64,000 nucleotides of DNA from an uncultured Trueperaceae bacterium (GCA_963727505.1 CAVSGP010000009.1:672001-736000), one strand, 5' to 3'. Shown: positions 20,273 to 33,586, numbered from the stretch's first letter. Notes: a model not told the origin generated them from the sequence alone. Program-made: numbers and translations.

Positions 20273-22465
20273 TCAGGCCGTGCGCCTCCGTGTGCGGCGG
20301 GCGCGCTTCTGCTGCTGCATCTTGAACCACACCACCATGGGCGACAGGATGAAGATGCTCGAGTAGGTGCCGAAGCCGATGCCGATGAGCAACGCGATGC
20401 TGAAGCCCCGGAGCACGCTGCCGCCGAACAGCAGCAGCGCGAGGACGGGCAGCAGCGTGGTGCCCGAGGTCGCCACGGTCCGCGACAGCGTCTGGTTCAC
20501 GGCCAGGTCGACGACCTCGGCGTAGCTGCGGTCGCGCACCTTGCGGAGGTTCTCGCGGATGCGGTCGGCGATGATGATGGAGTCGTTGAGAGAATAGCCG
20601 ACGACGAAGAGCACCGCGGCCAGCACCGGGATGCTGAAGGTCACGTTGAACAGGTCGAGCGCGCCCAGCACGATGCCGGCGTCGTGGATGGTGGCGATGA
20701 TGGCGGCCACCGCCACGATCCAGTTGGGCCAGAAGCGCCACGCCACATAGAGCAGGATCAGGCCAAGGGCGACGAGCACCGCCATGATGGCCGCCTGCCG
20801 CAGGTCCGCCCCGACGGCGGGGCCGACGTAATTGGCCTGCAGCAGCTGGCCGTTCAGCTTGGCGGTGAGATCGTTCGCGAACTGGTCGGCGCTCTGCTGA
20901 CCGGTCTCGTTCAGGCCGACGCGGATCGACATGGGGTTGCCCTGCAGGGTGTTGTCGATCACCTTGACGACGGTGGCGTTCTTGCCGGTGATGCCGGGAT
21001 AGTTCAGGTCGGTGATGGCCGAGCGCACGTCGGCAACGGTGGTCCCGTCGGGAACGTCGACGAGGACGTTGGTGCCGCCGGTGAAGTCGGTGGAGAGCTT
21101 CAGGCCTTCGATGGAGACGATGGCGATGGAGGCGATCGCGAGCAGCCCGGAGACGCTCATGATGACCGGCGCCTTGCTGACGAAGCGCACGCCCTCGACG
21201 AAGAAGCCCTTCCAGAGGTAGGTGCGCTTGCTCTTGCGGGCGGTGATGAGGTCGAGGATGAACGGCACCACCACGACGTTCACGAACACCGAGGCGATGA
21301 TGCCGATGGCCAGGGTGATGGCGAAACCGCGTACCGGCCCGGTCGTGTACTGGTAGAGCGCGGCGGCGGCCAGCAGCGTGGTGACGTTGGCGTCGATGAT
21401 GGCCGACAGCGAGTTGCCGAAGCCGGTCTTCATCGCCAGGCGGATCGACTTGCCCGCCCGCAGCTCCTCACGGATGCGCTCGAAGCTGATGACGTTGCCG
21501 TCGACCGCGGCGCCGATGGTGAGCACCAGGCCGGCCAGGCCCGGAAGCGTGAGCGCCGCATGGAGGGCGGCCAGGGTGCCGAAGATGAACAGCATGGCGA
21601 GCCCGAGGCCGAAGGTGAGGACGCCTCCGAAGACCAGGCCGTAATAGCCGATGACCGCCGCCACGACCGCAGCGCCGCCGATGAACGCGGCGATCTTGCC
21701 GGCGTTGATGCTGTCCTGACCGAGCGTCGGGCCGATGGAGCGGATCTCCTCGACGTGGAGGCTGATCGGGAGGCTCCCCGAGCGCAACACCAGCGAGATG
21801 TTGCTGGCTTCCTCCAGCGAGTTGATGCCGGTGATCTGCCCCGAGTCGGAGATGCGCGACTGTAGCGTGGGGGCCGTGATGATCTTTCCGTCCAGCACGA
21901 TCGCCATGCGCCGCCCGACGTTACCGCCGGTGAAGTCGCCGAACTTGCCGGCGTCCTTGGCCTTGATGTTGAAGAACACGGCGGGCCCCATGGTCGAGCC
22001 GCCCACGCGTTGGAAGTCGGCGCGGGCGGTGCTGATGATCTCGCCCGTGAACGCGGGCTTCTCGAGGTCGTCGAGCGTCATCTGGGCGGTGGTCTTGTTC
22101 TGCGCCGACGGTTTGACGAGCTGGAAGTAGAGCTTGGCCTGCTGGCCGATGAGTGAGAGGGCGCGCTTCTGGTCCGCCGCCGTCAGGCCGGGCAGCTCCA
22201 CCACGATGCGGTTCTTGCCCGAGGTGGTGATGAGCGGCTCCGAGACGCCGAACTGGTTGACGCGGTTCTCGATGACGTTGCGGGCGGTCGCCAGGTCTTG
22301 CGTGGAGGGGTTGGCGGTGTTCGACTGCAGCACCACGCGCAGGCCGCCCTGCAGGTCGAGGCCGAGCTTGAGCGGGGCCGTCGCGCTCCAAGGTTGCCAC
22401 AGGTACAAGATCGACGCGATGATCGCTGCCAGCACGACGGCGCCGGTGAAGGTCCTTCGGTTCAC
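20273..22465 (-). CDS. secDF: Fused protein translocase subunit SecDF
   Basis: LGLDLQGG, IGAAVDGNVISFERIREE, DFTGG, VGYSLNDSIIIADRIREN; AGGAG SD at 22472-22476. Confidence 0.96.
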   Translation of the reverse strand: MNRRTFTGAVVLAAIIASILYLWQPWSATAPLKLGLDLQGGLRVVLQSNTANPSTQDLATARNVIENRVNQFGVSEPLITTSGKNRIVVELPGLTAADQKRALSLIGQQAKLYFQLVKPSAQNKTTAQMTLDDLEKPAFTGEIISTARADFQRVGGSTMGPAVFFNIKAKDAGKFGDFTGGNVGRRMAIVLDGKIITAPTLQSRISDSGQITGINSLEEASNISLVLRSGSLPISLHVEEIRSIGPTLGQDSINAGKIAAFIGGAAVVAAVIGYYGLVFGGVLTFGLGLAMLFIFGTLAALHAALTLPGLAGLVLTIGAAVDGNVISFERIREELRAGKSIRLAMKTGFGNSLSAIIDANVTTLLAAAALYQYTTGPVRGFAITLAIGIIASVFVNVVVVPFILDLITARKSKRTYLWKGFFVEGVRFVSKAPVIMSVSGLLAIASIAIVSIEGLKLSTDFTGGTNVLVDVPDGTTVADVRSAITDLNYPGITGKNATVVKVIDNTLQGNPMSIRVGLNETGQQSADQFANDLTAKLNGQLLQANYVGPAVGADLRQAAIMAVLVALGLILLYVAWRFWPNWIVAVAAIIATIHDAGIVLGALDLFNVTFSIPVLAAVLFVVGYSLNDSIIIADRIRENLRKVRDRSYAEVVDLAVNQTLSRTVATSGTTLLPVLALLLFGGSVLRGFSIALLIGIGFGTYSSIFILSPMVVWFKMQQQKRARRTRRRTA

Positions 22466-22559
22466 GGGGGACTCCTAAGACGGGGTTTCGGGGGCTCGAA
22501 GGGGAGGGGCGCGGCGACGCATCGCTGCCGCGGCCCGCGGGGCACGGGGGATCCGGCCC

Positions 22560-22913
22560 TCATCCGCCTTCCAGCTGGAGCCGTCCGTACGCCGTCAACA
22601 GCGCCGTAGGGGCCGGTCCGGCGGTGTCACGACGCGCCGCGCGCAACGCCGCGTTCGGATCGGGGACCGGAAGCGCAGCGCGACCCGGCAGGACCGGCAG
22701 GCGCAGCGTTCCCGTGGCGCCACCGGGGGCGGTGAGACGGGCACCCGTCTCCAGCATGAGCGGGGCGCGGCTCCCCATCCCGGCACCGGCAGTCGACGGA
22801 TCGTGTGCGGCCGCCGCCAGACGCTGGAGGGGGATGGCCGCCAGCGTCACGGCGAGCGCCAGGCTCAATACGAGCCCGCGTCGGCGCCGGAGGGTCGTCA
22901 GGGCGGCCTGCAC
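22560..22913 (-). CDS. secDF upstream ORF with signal-peptide-like N-terminus; candidate translation-arrest leader
   Basis: TAGAAT 7 nt before GTG; RRRRGLVLSLALAVTLAAIPL...AAA; ends LLTAYGRLQLEGG* 94 nt upstream of secDF. Confidence 0.65.
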   Translation of the reverse strand: MQAALTTLRRRRGLVLSLALAVTLAAIPLQRLAAAAHDPSTAGAGMGSRAPLMLETGARLTAPGGATGTLRLPVLPGRAALPVPDPNAALRAARRDTAGPAPTALLTAYGRLQLEGG

Positions 22914-22981
22914 GCCCGCTATTCTAGCGCGCGTCGCTGGGCGAGGTACCGGGCCCGCCGTGCGAGGCCAGGCCCCACGAG

Positions 22982-23019
22982 CGTCGCCCCGGGCGCATGC
23001 GGTTGCGCCCGGGGCGACG
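22982..23019 (-). terminator. Strong hairpin after infB
   Basis: Perfect 16-bp inverted repeat cgtcgccccgggcgca/tgcgcccggggcgacg; no clear U tract. Confidence 0.55.
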
Positions 23020-23058
23020 GCACCGGAAGGGTGGGTGGAGGCGGGTGGGGAGCCGAGC

Positions 23059-24879
23059 TCAGGCCGGCGTCACCTCGACCATCTCGTAGGCCACGATGAC
23101 GTCCCCCTCCTGGACGTTGTCGTAGTTCTGCAGGTTGATGCCGCACTCGAAGCCGGAGGCCACCTCGCGCACGTCGTCCTTGAAGCGCCGCAGCTGCGCG
23201 ACGGAGCCCTTGTAGACCTCCTTGCCACCACGCGTCAGGCGGGCCTTGGAGCCACGCCGGATCAGGCCGTCGGTGACGTAGGAGCCTGCGATGTTGCCGC
23301 TTCGGGGCACCCGGATGACGGCGCGCACCTCGGCGTGACCGATGACCCGCTCCTCGAATTCCGGCTCGATCTGGCCGCGGATCATGCGCTGCACGTCCTC
23401 GATGAGCTCGTAGATGATCTTGTAGCTCTTGATCGCGACCTTCTGCCGCTCGGCCGACTTCTTCACGCTACCGGGCGGATTCACGCCGAAGGTGATGACC
23501 GTGGCGTCGGCCGTGCTGGCCAGCAGCAGGTCGGACTCGGTGGGCGCGCCCACTTCGGCCAGCATGATCTCGAGCTCGACCTCGTCGGTGGCTTCCGCCT
23601 CCCGCGCGAGAACGCCCTTGATCGCCTCCAACGAACCCTGTGCATCCGCCCGCAGGACCAGGTTGATGACCTTCTTGGTGGGTTTGCCGAACAGGTCGGC
23701 GAGGGTCAGACCCTTGCGGCCGATGGACTCCAGCTCGGTTTCCTTGCGCTGGTCGCGCCGCTGGCCCGCGAGCTGCTTTGCCGTCTGTTCGTCCGCCGCC
23801 GCCTCCACCAGGTCCCCGGCGTTCGGCTGCTCGGAGAAGCCGAGGATCTGAACAGGGGCCGACGGCCCGGCCGCATCGACGATCGTGCCGGTGTGATCGG
23901 TGAGACGGCGGACCTTGGCCCACGCCTCGCCCGACACGATGTAGTCGGCGACGCGTAGGGTGCCTTCCTGCACCAGCACGGTCGCCAGCACACCTGCGCG
24001 CTTGTCGAGCACCGACTCGATCACGATCCCCTTGGCGGGCCCGTCCGAGGTCGCACGCAGCTCCTCGACTTCGGCAACCAGCGAGATCATCTCCAGCAGA
24101 TCGTCGACGCCGTCGCCCGTCTTGGCGCTGATCTCGACCACGATGGTGTCCCCTCCGAAGTCTTCGGGGACGAGCTCGACCTGCATCAGGTCCCGCTTGA
24201 CCTTCTCCGGGTCGGACTGGGGCAGGTCGCACTTGTTGATCGCCACGATGATCGGCACCTTGGCGGCCTTGGCGTGGGCGATGGCCTCGCGCGACTGCGG
24301 CATGATGCTGTCGTCGGCAGCAACCACGATCACGGCGATGTCGGTGGCGTTGGTACCGCGCTGTCGAATGGACGTGAAGGCTTCGTGCCCCGGTGTGTCC
24401 AGGAAGGTCACCAGCCCGCCCTTGGTCTCGGCCTGATAGGCGCCGATGTGCTGGGTGATGCCCCCGGCTTCACCTTCGGCCACTTTGGTGTGCCGGATGT
24501 AGTCGAGCAGAGTGGTCTTGCCGTGGTCGACATGACCCATCACCGTCACGACCGGCGCCCGCAGAGGAGCGTCGGCGGTCGCAGCCTTGGCCTCGTCGGC
24601 CTTCGGCTTGGGTTTGGGCTTCGTCGCCGTGGCCGTGGCGCCGCCGGACGCGGGCTCTGCGGCCTTCGCCGGAGCCGCGGGCCGGTCGGCGGTCACGGGG
24701 GCGGGCTCGTCACCGTGGTCGCTCTCGACCAGTTGCCGCACCGTGTCCGCTACGTCGTGCTCGAGAGTGCTCGAGTGCGACTTGTATTCCACGCCCATCT
24801 CGTCGAGGATCGCCAGCATCTCCTTGGTCTCGATGCCGAGGTCCTTCGCCAGCTGATAGATCCGTACCTTATCGGACAT
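23059..24879 (-). CDS. infB: Translation initiation factor IF-2 (short form)
   Basis: [46 protein letters not shown]. Confidence 0.98.
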   Translation of the reverse strand: MSDKVRIYQLAKDLGIETKEMLAILDEMGVEYKSHSSTLEHDVADTVRQLVESDHGDEPAPVTADRPAAPAKAAEPASGGATATATKPKPKPKADEAKAATADAPLRAPVVTVMGHVDHGKTTLLDYIRHTKVAEGEAGGITQHIGAYQAETKGGLVTFLDTPGHEAFTSIRQRGTNATDIAVIVVAADDSIMPQSREAIAHAKAAKVPIIVAINKCDLPQSDPEKVKRDLMQVELVPEDFGGDTIVVEISAKTGDGVDDLLEMISLVAEVEELRATSDGPAKGIVIESVLDKRAGVLATVLVQEGTLRVADYIVSGEAWAKVRRLTDHTGTIVDAAGPSAPVQILGFSEQPNAGDLVEAAADEQTAKQLAGQRRDQRKETELESIGRKGLTLADLFGKPTKKVINLVLRADAQGSLEAIKGVLAREAEATDEVELEIMLAEVGAPTESDLLLASTADATVITFGVNPPGSVKKSAERQKVAIKSYKIIYELIEDVQRMIRGQIEPEFEERVIGHAEVRAVIRVPRSGNIAGSYVTDGLIRRGSKARLTRGGKEVYKGSVAQLRRFKDDVREVASGFECGINLQNYDNVQEGDVIVAYEMVEVTPA

Positions 24880-25195
24880 TCATGCCTCCGTCCCGATGCC
24901 TAGCTCGAGGAGTGCCGCCGGCCGTCTCGGAGGCCAGAGCCTCGGAGACGGCTGCGAGCAGTGTGCGGACGTGCCCCGCCTGGCCTCGAAAGGCCTGCTT
25001 GAGGCGCTTCTCCGCAGGATCGCCGGCGCAGCGCCGGCACACCCAGGTGCCGCGCCCCCCGGCGCGGCCTTCCGGGTCGAGCGCGAACCGGCCGTCGACG
25101 TCCCGCACGAGGCGCACCAGCTCCGCCTTGGGCAGCGATGCGCGACACATCACGCAGCGCCTCAGGGGCACGTGTTTTCCGGTCGAGCCCGCCAT
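24869..25195 (-). CDS. ylxR: YlxR/RnpM (DUF448) RNA-binding protein
   Basis: PLRRCVMCR, LVRLV, GRGTWVC; located between nusA and infB. Confidence 0.9.
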   Translation of the reverse strand: MAGSTGKHVPLRRCVMCRASLPKAELVRLVRDVDGRFALDPEGRAGGRGTWVCRRCAGDPAEKRLKQAFRGQAGHVRTLLAAVSEALASETAGGTPRARHRDGGMNVR

Positions 25196-25197
25196 GC

Positions 25198-26529
25198 CTA
25201 GGAGATCCGCTCCTCTTCCGTCGCTTCGTCGGCCTCGGGTTCGGAAGCCGTAGGCTCCGCGCCCCCGGCTTCGCCAGCGGCCGCGTCCGAGGTCTCGGCG
25301 TCGCCTTCCGTATCGGCGGAGGCGGCTTCGTCCTCGCCCGAAGCCGCGGCTTCGTCGCCGGACTCCGGGGCGGCCTCACTCGGCTCCGGATCGGGCGAGG
25401 CGCTGAACAACGCATCGAACGCCGCATGGCCGCGGTCGACGCCGCCAACATCGTCCATGCGGGAGGCGGCAGCTTGCATGGCGGCATCCAGATCGCTGAT
25501 CGACTCCGACGACACCAGATCGATCTTGAAGCCCGTGAGCTTGGCGGCCAGCCGCACGTTCTGGCCCCCCTTGCCGATCGCCAGCGAGAGTTGATCGCTG
25601 CCGACCGTAACGCGCGTCTGCTTCTCGTCGAGGTCGAGCTCGATCGTGCCGACCTTGGCGGGGGAGAGCGCGTTGCGGATGAACTCGCGCGCGTTGGGGT
25701 CCCACATGATGATATCGACGCGCTCGCGCTGCAGCTCCGCCGTGACGGCCTGGATGCGGCTCCCGCGGTGCCCGATACAGGCGCCGATGGGGTCGACGTT
25801 CGGATTGGTGCTGGTGACCGCCACCTTCGAGCGCTGTCCGGCCTCGCGCGCCACCGCCTTGATCTCGACCGTACCGTCGGCCACCTCGGGGATCTCCTGG
25901 CGCATCAGGTACTCGAGGAGCTGAGGTGCGGCACGGGACACCAGGATGCTGGGCCCGCGCGTGGAGAGCTCGACCTTCTCGACGTAGACCTTGACGCGCA
26001 TCCCGACCATGTAGCGCTCGCCGTGGATCTGTTCGCGTGGCGGCATGATGGCTTCCCCACGGCCGAGATCGACGAAGACGTTGCGCTTGTTGTCGGTGCG
26101 CGAGACCACGCCGGTGATGATGTCGCCGGCACGGTCCTTGTACTCCTCGAAGACGATGGCCCGCTCCGCTTCACGGATCTTCTGGGTGATGACCTGCTTG
26201 GTCGTCTGCACCGCGATGCGGGTGAACTTCTCGGGATCGGTGGGGAACTCCATCTCCATCCCGACCTCGACGCTGTCGTCGAGGTCCAACCCCTCGGTCA
26301 GCGCGATCTCCTTGTCCTCGTCCTCCACCTCTTCGACCACACGGCGGATGATCAGAACCTCCATCTCGCCGGAGTCGGGGTCCAAGCTGACCTCGATCTG
26401 CTTGCCCGGCATCACGTTGCGCTCGAAAGCCTGCTCGAGGGCCTCCTCGAGGCTCCCGAGCAACTGCTCCTTGTCCAGGTTCCGCTCCGCTGCAAGCATG
26501 TTCAGAGCGTCCACGAATTCCTTGTTCAT
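25198..26529 (-). CDS. nusA: Transcription factor NusA with acidic C-terminal tail
   Basis: RIAVQTTKQV, S1 and KH motifs (AREAGQRSKVAV, DPIGACIG, LSLAIGKGGQNVRLAAKL). Confidence 0.97.
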   Translation of the reverse strand: MNKEFVDALNMLAAERNLDKEQLLGSLEEALEQAFERNVMPGKQIEVSLDPDSGEMEVLIIRRVVEEVEDEDKEIALTEGLDLDDSVEVGMEMEFPTDPEKFTRIAVQTTKQVITQKIREAERAIVFEEYKDRAGDIITGVVSRTDNKRNVFVDLGRGEAIMPPREQIHGERYMVGMRVKVYVEKVELSTRGPSILVSRAAPQLLEYLMRQEIPEVADGTVEIKAVAREAGQRSKVAVTSTNPNVDPIGACIGHRGSRIQAVTAELQRERVDIIMWDPNAREFIRNALSPAKVGTIELDLDEKQTRVTVGSDQLSLAIGKGGQNVRLAAKLTGFKIDLVSSESISDLDAAMQAAASRMDDVGGVDRGHAAFDALFSASPDPEPSEAAPESGDEAAASGEDEAASADTEGDAETSDAAAGEAGGAEPTASEPEADEATEEERIS

Positions 26530-26602
26530 CCCTAACCACCTCTATTCGGTTGTGGGTCGCCACCCGTGAGCGCCGTGCGCGACGGCTCGGCGACGACCTG
26601 CC

Positions 26603-27046
26603 CTAGCGCGGCTCGTCCGGCCATTCGGCCAGACGAGCGATGTGGATGCCATCGAGGCGCACCTCCCGACGCTCGCCGTCGATCTCGAAGACGACGGACG
26701 CATCGGAGACCTCCCGAATCCGGCCGGTGAAGGTCTCGCCCTCGACCCGCACTTTCGCCAGCAGGTCGTGGAAGCGCTCGAAGTGGCGCGCCCTCCGGAG
26801 CGGACGCTTGGGTCCCGGCGACTCGACGTCGAACCGGTAGGGACCGTCGAACGGATCGAGGCGGTCGAGCTCCAGCCCGAACACCTCCGCCGCCTTGGCG
26901 ACGTCGTCGACGGTGACCCCCTGCTCGTCGAGGCGATCGATGCGCAGCAGCACCCGCCGTTCGCGGCCGGTTCCGCTGACCTTGCACTCCAGGACCTCGA
27001 ACCCGAGTGGCGCCAGCACCTCTTCTGCCGCTTGCGCCAGTTCCAT
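26603..27046 (-). CDS. rimP: Ribosome maturation factor RimP
   Basis: LRIDR...GVTVDDV...LD..DP...Y..DVESPGPKRPL; AGGAGG SD. Confidence 0.93.
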   Translation of the reverse strand: MELAQAAEEVLAPLGFEVLECKVSGTGRERRVLLRIDRLDEQGVTVDDVAKAAEVFGLELDRLDPFDGPYRFDVESPGPKRPLRRARHFERFHDLLAKVRVEGETFTGRIREVSDASVVFEIDGERREVRLDGIHIARLAEWPDEPR

Positions 27047-27070
27047 GCATCCTCCTGCCACCGTCCCAAC

Positions 27071-27100
27071 AAAACCGGGTGGGCCCAGCGAACCCACCCG
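27071..27100 (-). promoter_or_regulatory. rimP leader terminator-like hairpin
   Basis: Minus strand cgggtggg-ttcgctggg-cccacccg followed by GUUUUGUU, between the promoter and the rimP SD. Consistent with the known rimP-leader motif. Confidence 0.7.
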
Positions 27101-27129
27101 AGCAAACGCCGGGACGTTGTCCGGGCCGG

Positions 27130-27159
27130 AGTATACCCCGCCCGGCACCCCCACTTCAA
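27130..27159 (-). promoter_or_regulatory. sigma70 promoter of rimP-nusA-ylxR-infB
   Basis: TTGAAG-18 nt-TATACT. Confidence 0.7.
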
Positions 27160-27214
27160 CCGGCGCCGAACGGGCGGAAGCGGCTGCCGGACGTTGGTCT
27201 GTGAAGCGCTCGAC

Positions 27215-27243
27215 TTTACAGTCGGGCAAGCCTCCTGTACACT
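27215..27243 (+). promoter_or_regulatory. sigma70 promoter of the aminotransferase gene
   Basis: TTTACA-17 nt-TACACT. Confidence 0.65.
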
Positions 27244-27410
27244 CGCCCACGATGCGGACGGTACCCGCGCGAGCTTCCTGACGGCGACGATCGCCGGCCC
27301 TTCGCGGCCGGGGGGCGTCGCATGTACGAGACCCGCCAAGGCATGGTGAGGTCTCGTTCCTTGTGTTAGGGCAGGGAAGAGGAGCCGCCGCACCGCGTTG
27401 GAGGAGTGCC

Positions 27411-28571
27411 ATGATGCCGAACGACGACGTACTGCTGCTCACCCCCGGGCCCACCCCGATCCATCCGCGGGCCCAGGCCGCGTTGAGCTGGCCGATGCGG
27501 GGCCACATGGATCCCGAGGTCTTCGCCTACAACGATCGCATCGTGGCCGACCTTCGGCGTCTGTACGGCACCGCGCCCGGCGCGTTCACCAGCCTGCTGT
27601 CGGGGACCGGGTCGCTGGGCATGGAGGCGGGGCTCGCCAACCTGCTCGAGCCCGGCGAGCGCGTGCTCGTCCTGTCCAACGGCGCCTTCGGCGAACGCAT
27701 GATCGACATGGCGGCGCGTCTGTCGCTCGATGTACACGCCCTGCGCACGGAGCCCGGCACCCCCGTCGACGTGGAAGAGGCGGCGCGGGCGGCCCATGCG
27801 CTGCACCCGGCGCTCATCGCCGTCGTCCACGGCGAGACCAGTACCGGCGTACTCAACCCCGTGCCCGAGCTCGGCGCCGTGGCGCGCGACGCCGGCGCGC
27901 TGTTCAGCGTCGACGCCGTGACGACCGTTGGCATGATGCCGTTCGCCATGCAGGCGTGGGGGATCGACTACGCCTACACCGGTTCCCAGAAGTGCCTGTC
28001 GGCTCCTCCCGGAGTGGCGCCGGTTGCCTTCTCCGAGCGCGCCATGGAGCGCGTGGAGCGCCGCAGCGTCCCGGTTGCGACCTGGTATGCCGACGCCGTC
28101 GGCATGCGTCGCTACTGGGAGCCCGGCGAGTCCGGGCGTCAGTACCACCACACGGTCCCCGTCCAGCTCCACTGGGCTCTGGGGGAGGCCCTGTCGGCGG
28201 CTCTGGAAGAGGGCCTCGAGGTCCGCGCGGAGCGGGCCCGCCGGGTGGGCGAGGCTGCGCTGTCCGCGCTCGCGAGCGTCGGTTTCGAAGCATACGTTCC
28301 GGTCCGCCACCGTCTTCCCACGGTGCTGGCGGTCGTGCCGCCGGCAGGCATCGATGAGGCCGCGGTGCGCGCCACGCTGCGCCGGGACCACGGCGTCACG
28401 GTTGCCGGTGGTCTGGGGCCGACGGCAGGTCGGGTGTGGCGGCTGGGCCTCATGGGGGAGAACGCGCGCGACGAACACTACGAGCGCTTCTTCGGCGCCC
28501 TGGAAGCGGTGCTGGACGAACGCGGTCTGGCGGAGCGCTTCCGCGGAGCCCGGCAGCTCGCCGCCGCCTGA
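27411..28571 (+). CDS. Class V PLP aminotransferase (alanine/serine-glyoxylate family)
   Basis: [48 protein letters not shown]. Confidence 0.92.
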   Translation: MMPNDDVLLLTPGPTPIHPRAQAALSWPMRGHMDPEVFAYNDRIVADLRRLYGTAPGAFTSLLSGTGSLGMEAGLANLLEPGERVLVLSNGAFGERMIDMAARLSLDVHALRTEPGTPVDVEEAARAAHALHPALIAVVHGETSTGVLNPVPELGAVARDAGALFSVDAVTTVGMMPFAMQAWGIDYAYTGSQKCLSAPPGVAPVAFSERAMERVERRSVPVATWYADAVGMRRYWEPGESGRQYHHTVPVQLHWALGEALSAALEEGLEVRAERARRVGEAALSALASVGFEAYVPVRHRLPTVLAVVPPAGIDEAAVRATLRRDHGVTVAGGLGPTAGRVWRLGLMGENARDEHYERFFGALEAVLDERGLAERFRGARQLAAA

Positions 28572-28612
28572 GGCGAGCGGGTGGCCGCCCGCCGGCGGGC
28601 TAGCCTGAAGGC

Positions 28613-29167
28613 ATGGACGAGCGACTGCGCAGACACACCCCGAGCGCCGCGCTGCGTCGGCGCGCCGAGGCCGAAGGCATCGACCTGGAGATCCTGAAAC
28701 GCGACGCGCCCGCTGACTACATGGCGCTTGCGGCCGGCGAGGTGCTGCGTGTCGACCCGGAGCTCGCGGAGCTGGCGGGCGGCATGTTGCTGATGGCCTT
28801 CCCGGAGCGCGAGGCGTTCCGCGCCCCCGACGGTCGCCGCGAGAGGCTGCTGGTCTTCCCGGCGCTTTCGGCCGAGGAGCTCGAACGACTCGATGGGCTT
28901 CTGGCTCCGCTGGTCGACCGACCTGCGTGGCGTCGGCGCCACGCGTTCTTCAGGCAGGTCGACGACGCTCGTGGGACCCGCCGGGAGCTCGACCTGCCCC
29001 AGCAGCCCGACGCCTACGAGAAGGGCGACGCCGTGGTCGGCCCTTTCGCCGACGAGGACGCAGCCGACGCCTGGGGCCGGGCGCAGGTGCGGCCCCCTCT
29101 CGTGCACGATCCCTTCTCCATGAACGGGCACTGGTTCTGCGACGTGTTCCGTGCCGACGAGGCGTGA
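28613..29167 (+). CDS. Hypothetical protein
   Basis: Good GC3 codon bias; TAGCCT -10 six nt before ATG. Confidence 0.7.
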   Translation: MDERLRRHTPSAALRRRAEAEGIDLEILKRDAPADYMALAAGEVLRVDPELAELAGGMLLMAFPEREAFRAPDGRRERLLVFPALSAEELERLDGLLAPLVDRPAWRRRHAFFRQVDDARGTRRELDLPQQPDAYEKGDAVVGPFADEDAADAWGRAQVRPPLVHDPFSMNGHWFCDVFRADEA

Positions 29168-29180
29168 AGCGGCGTTCGCG

Positions 29181-29209
29181 TTGACACCCGGGGGAGCGAG
29201 GGCTAGACT
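29181..29209 (+). promoter_or_regulatory. sigma70 promoter of the pheST operon
   Basis: TTGACA-17 nt-TAGACT. Confidence 0.85.
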
Positions 29210-29216
29210 CCCAAGC

Positions 29217-29252
29217 ATGAGAAACCGGGCGGTTTCCGCCTTTACCCGTTGA
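29217..29252 (+). CDS. Putative leaderless pheST leader peptide MRNRAVSAFTR
   Basis: ATG 7 nt after the -10; contains a UUU Phe codon; followed by a hairpin and a terminator. Confidence 0.55.
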   Translation: MRNRAVSAFTR

Positions 29253-29278
29253 GCGTGGGACGTCGTCCTGCGCTGTGA

Positions 29279-32663
<3,385 letters not shown>

Positions 32664-32667
<4 letters not shown>

Positions 32668-33203
32668 GCTGGCTCGATCTGGTCCTGGTGGCGGTCGTGG
32701 CCGCCGTGACCGCCTTGGGTGCCCACCGCCGACTGTCGGGCTTCTTCGTCGGTCTCGGGGGCGTGCTGCTGCTGCGCCCTCTGCTCGAGCTGGCGCATGC
32801 GAACCCGTTCCTCGCCCTGGTCGCCGCGCTTCTCGCCGGGCTCGGTTTGAGCATGCTCGGCCGGCGGTTGTTCCAGCAGAACCGTGGCTCCGCTGGCTTG
32901 ATGCGCGCGCTCGGCGGTTTCGGGGGGCTCGCGCTCGGCCTGGCCCTGATGCTCTCGCTGGTGACCTCGCTCCCGATCCAGCGCAACCCGGCCAACCCCA
33001 GCGAGCTCTTCTACCCGCCGCGGAACCTTCCTTCGCCGATCTCCAGCGCTGTGCTGGATTCGCGTTTGGTCCTTCTGGGACGTGATATTCTGTTCTATCC
33101 CTTGCTGCACAAGCAGGGGAGTGTGGACGCGGGCCAGCAGCGGCTCATGCGCGGGTTGCACCGGCTGTTCGTGGTCGGAGAGCCGTGGAACGAGACCCTG
33201 TAG
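32664..33203 (+). CDS. Membrane protein, possibly CvpA-like
   Basis: WLDLVLVAVVA start, several TM segments, LGGFGG; ATGA overlap with pheT. Confidence 0.7.
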
Positions 33204-33254
33204 AGCGCCGGCGAGAGTAGGAGGGCCAGGGGCTTCCACACAGGACGTCGAGGA

Positions 33255-33560
33255 AGCGCAAGCCCGGCGGCGCGCCGATGCGGCTGCCGGTGACGAGGCG
33301 GAGGGCTTCCGGGCCCGAGGAGGGCGCCGGAGGATAGCGGGTCTCCCGAGACGATGGGTCTCGGGTGAACACGCGAAAGCGCGAACCGAGGACGCCGATG
33401 AACGGTGCACTCGCCGCCCAGCGGGGCGGGAAGTCTGCGGGCCCCTCCCGAGTTGAACCCCTTGCTCGATACCGTCCGGGTTCAGAGGATCGGGCTGTCC
33501 CCCCGAGCGAAGTCGCAACCAGACGCGGTCGGCACGGCGCGTGACGTCCGCGTAGGGCAC
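33255..33560 (+). ncRNA. glmS ribozyme-like riboswitch with large internal insertion
   Basis: AGCGCA, P1 (ccggcggc/gctgccgg), GACGAGG, GGAGGG ... TGCGGGCCCCTCC, then P3 with a pseudoknot; directly upstream of glmS. 3' boundary uncertain. Confidence 0.75.
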
Positions 33561-33586
33561 TATTGGATCCCAAGAAGGGACGTTTC

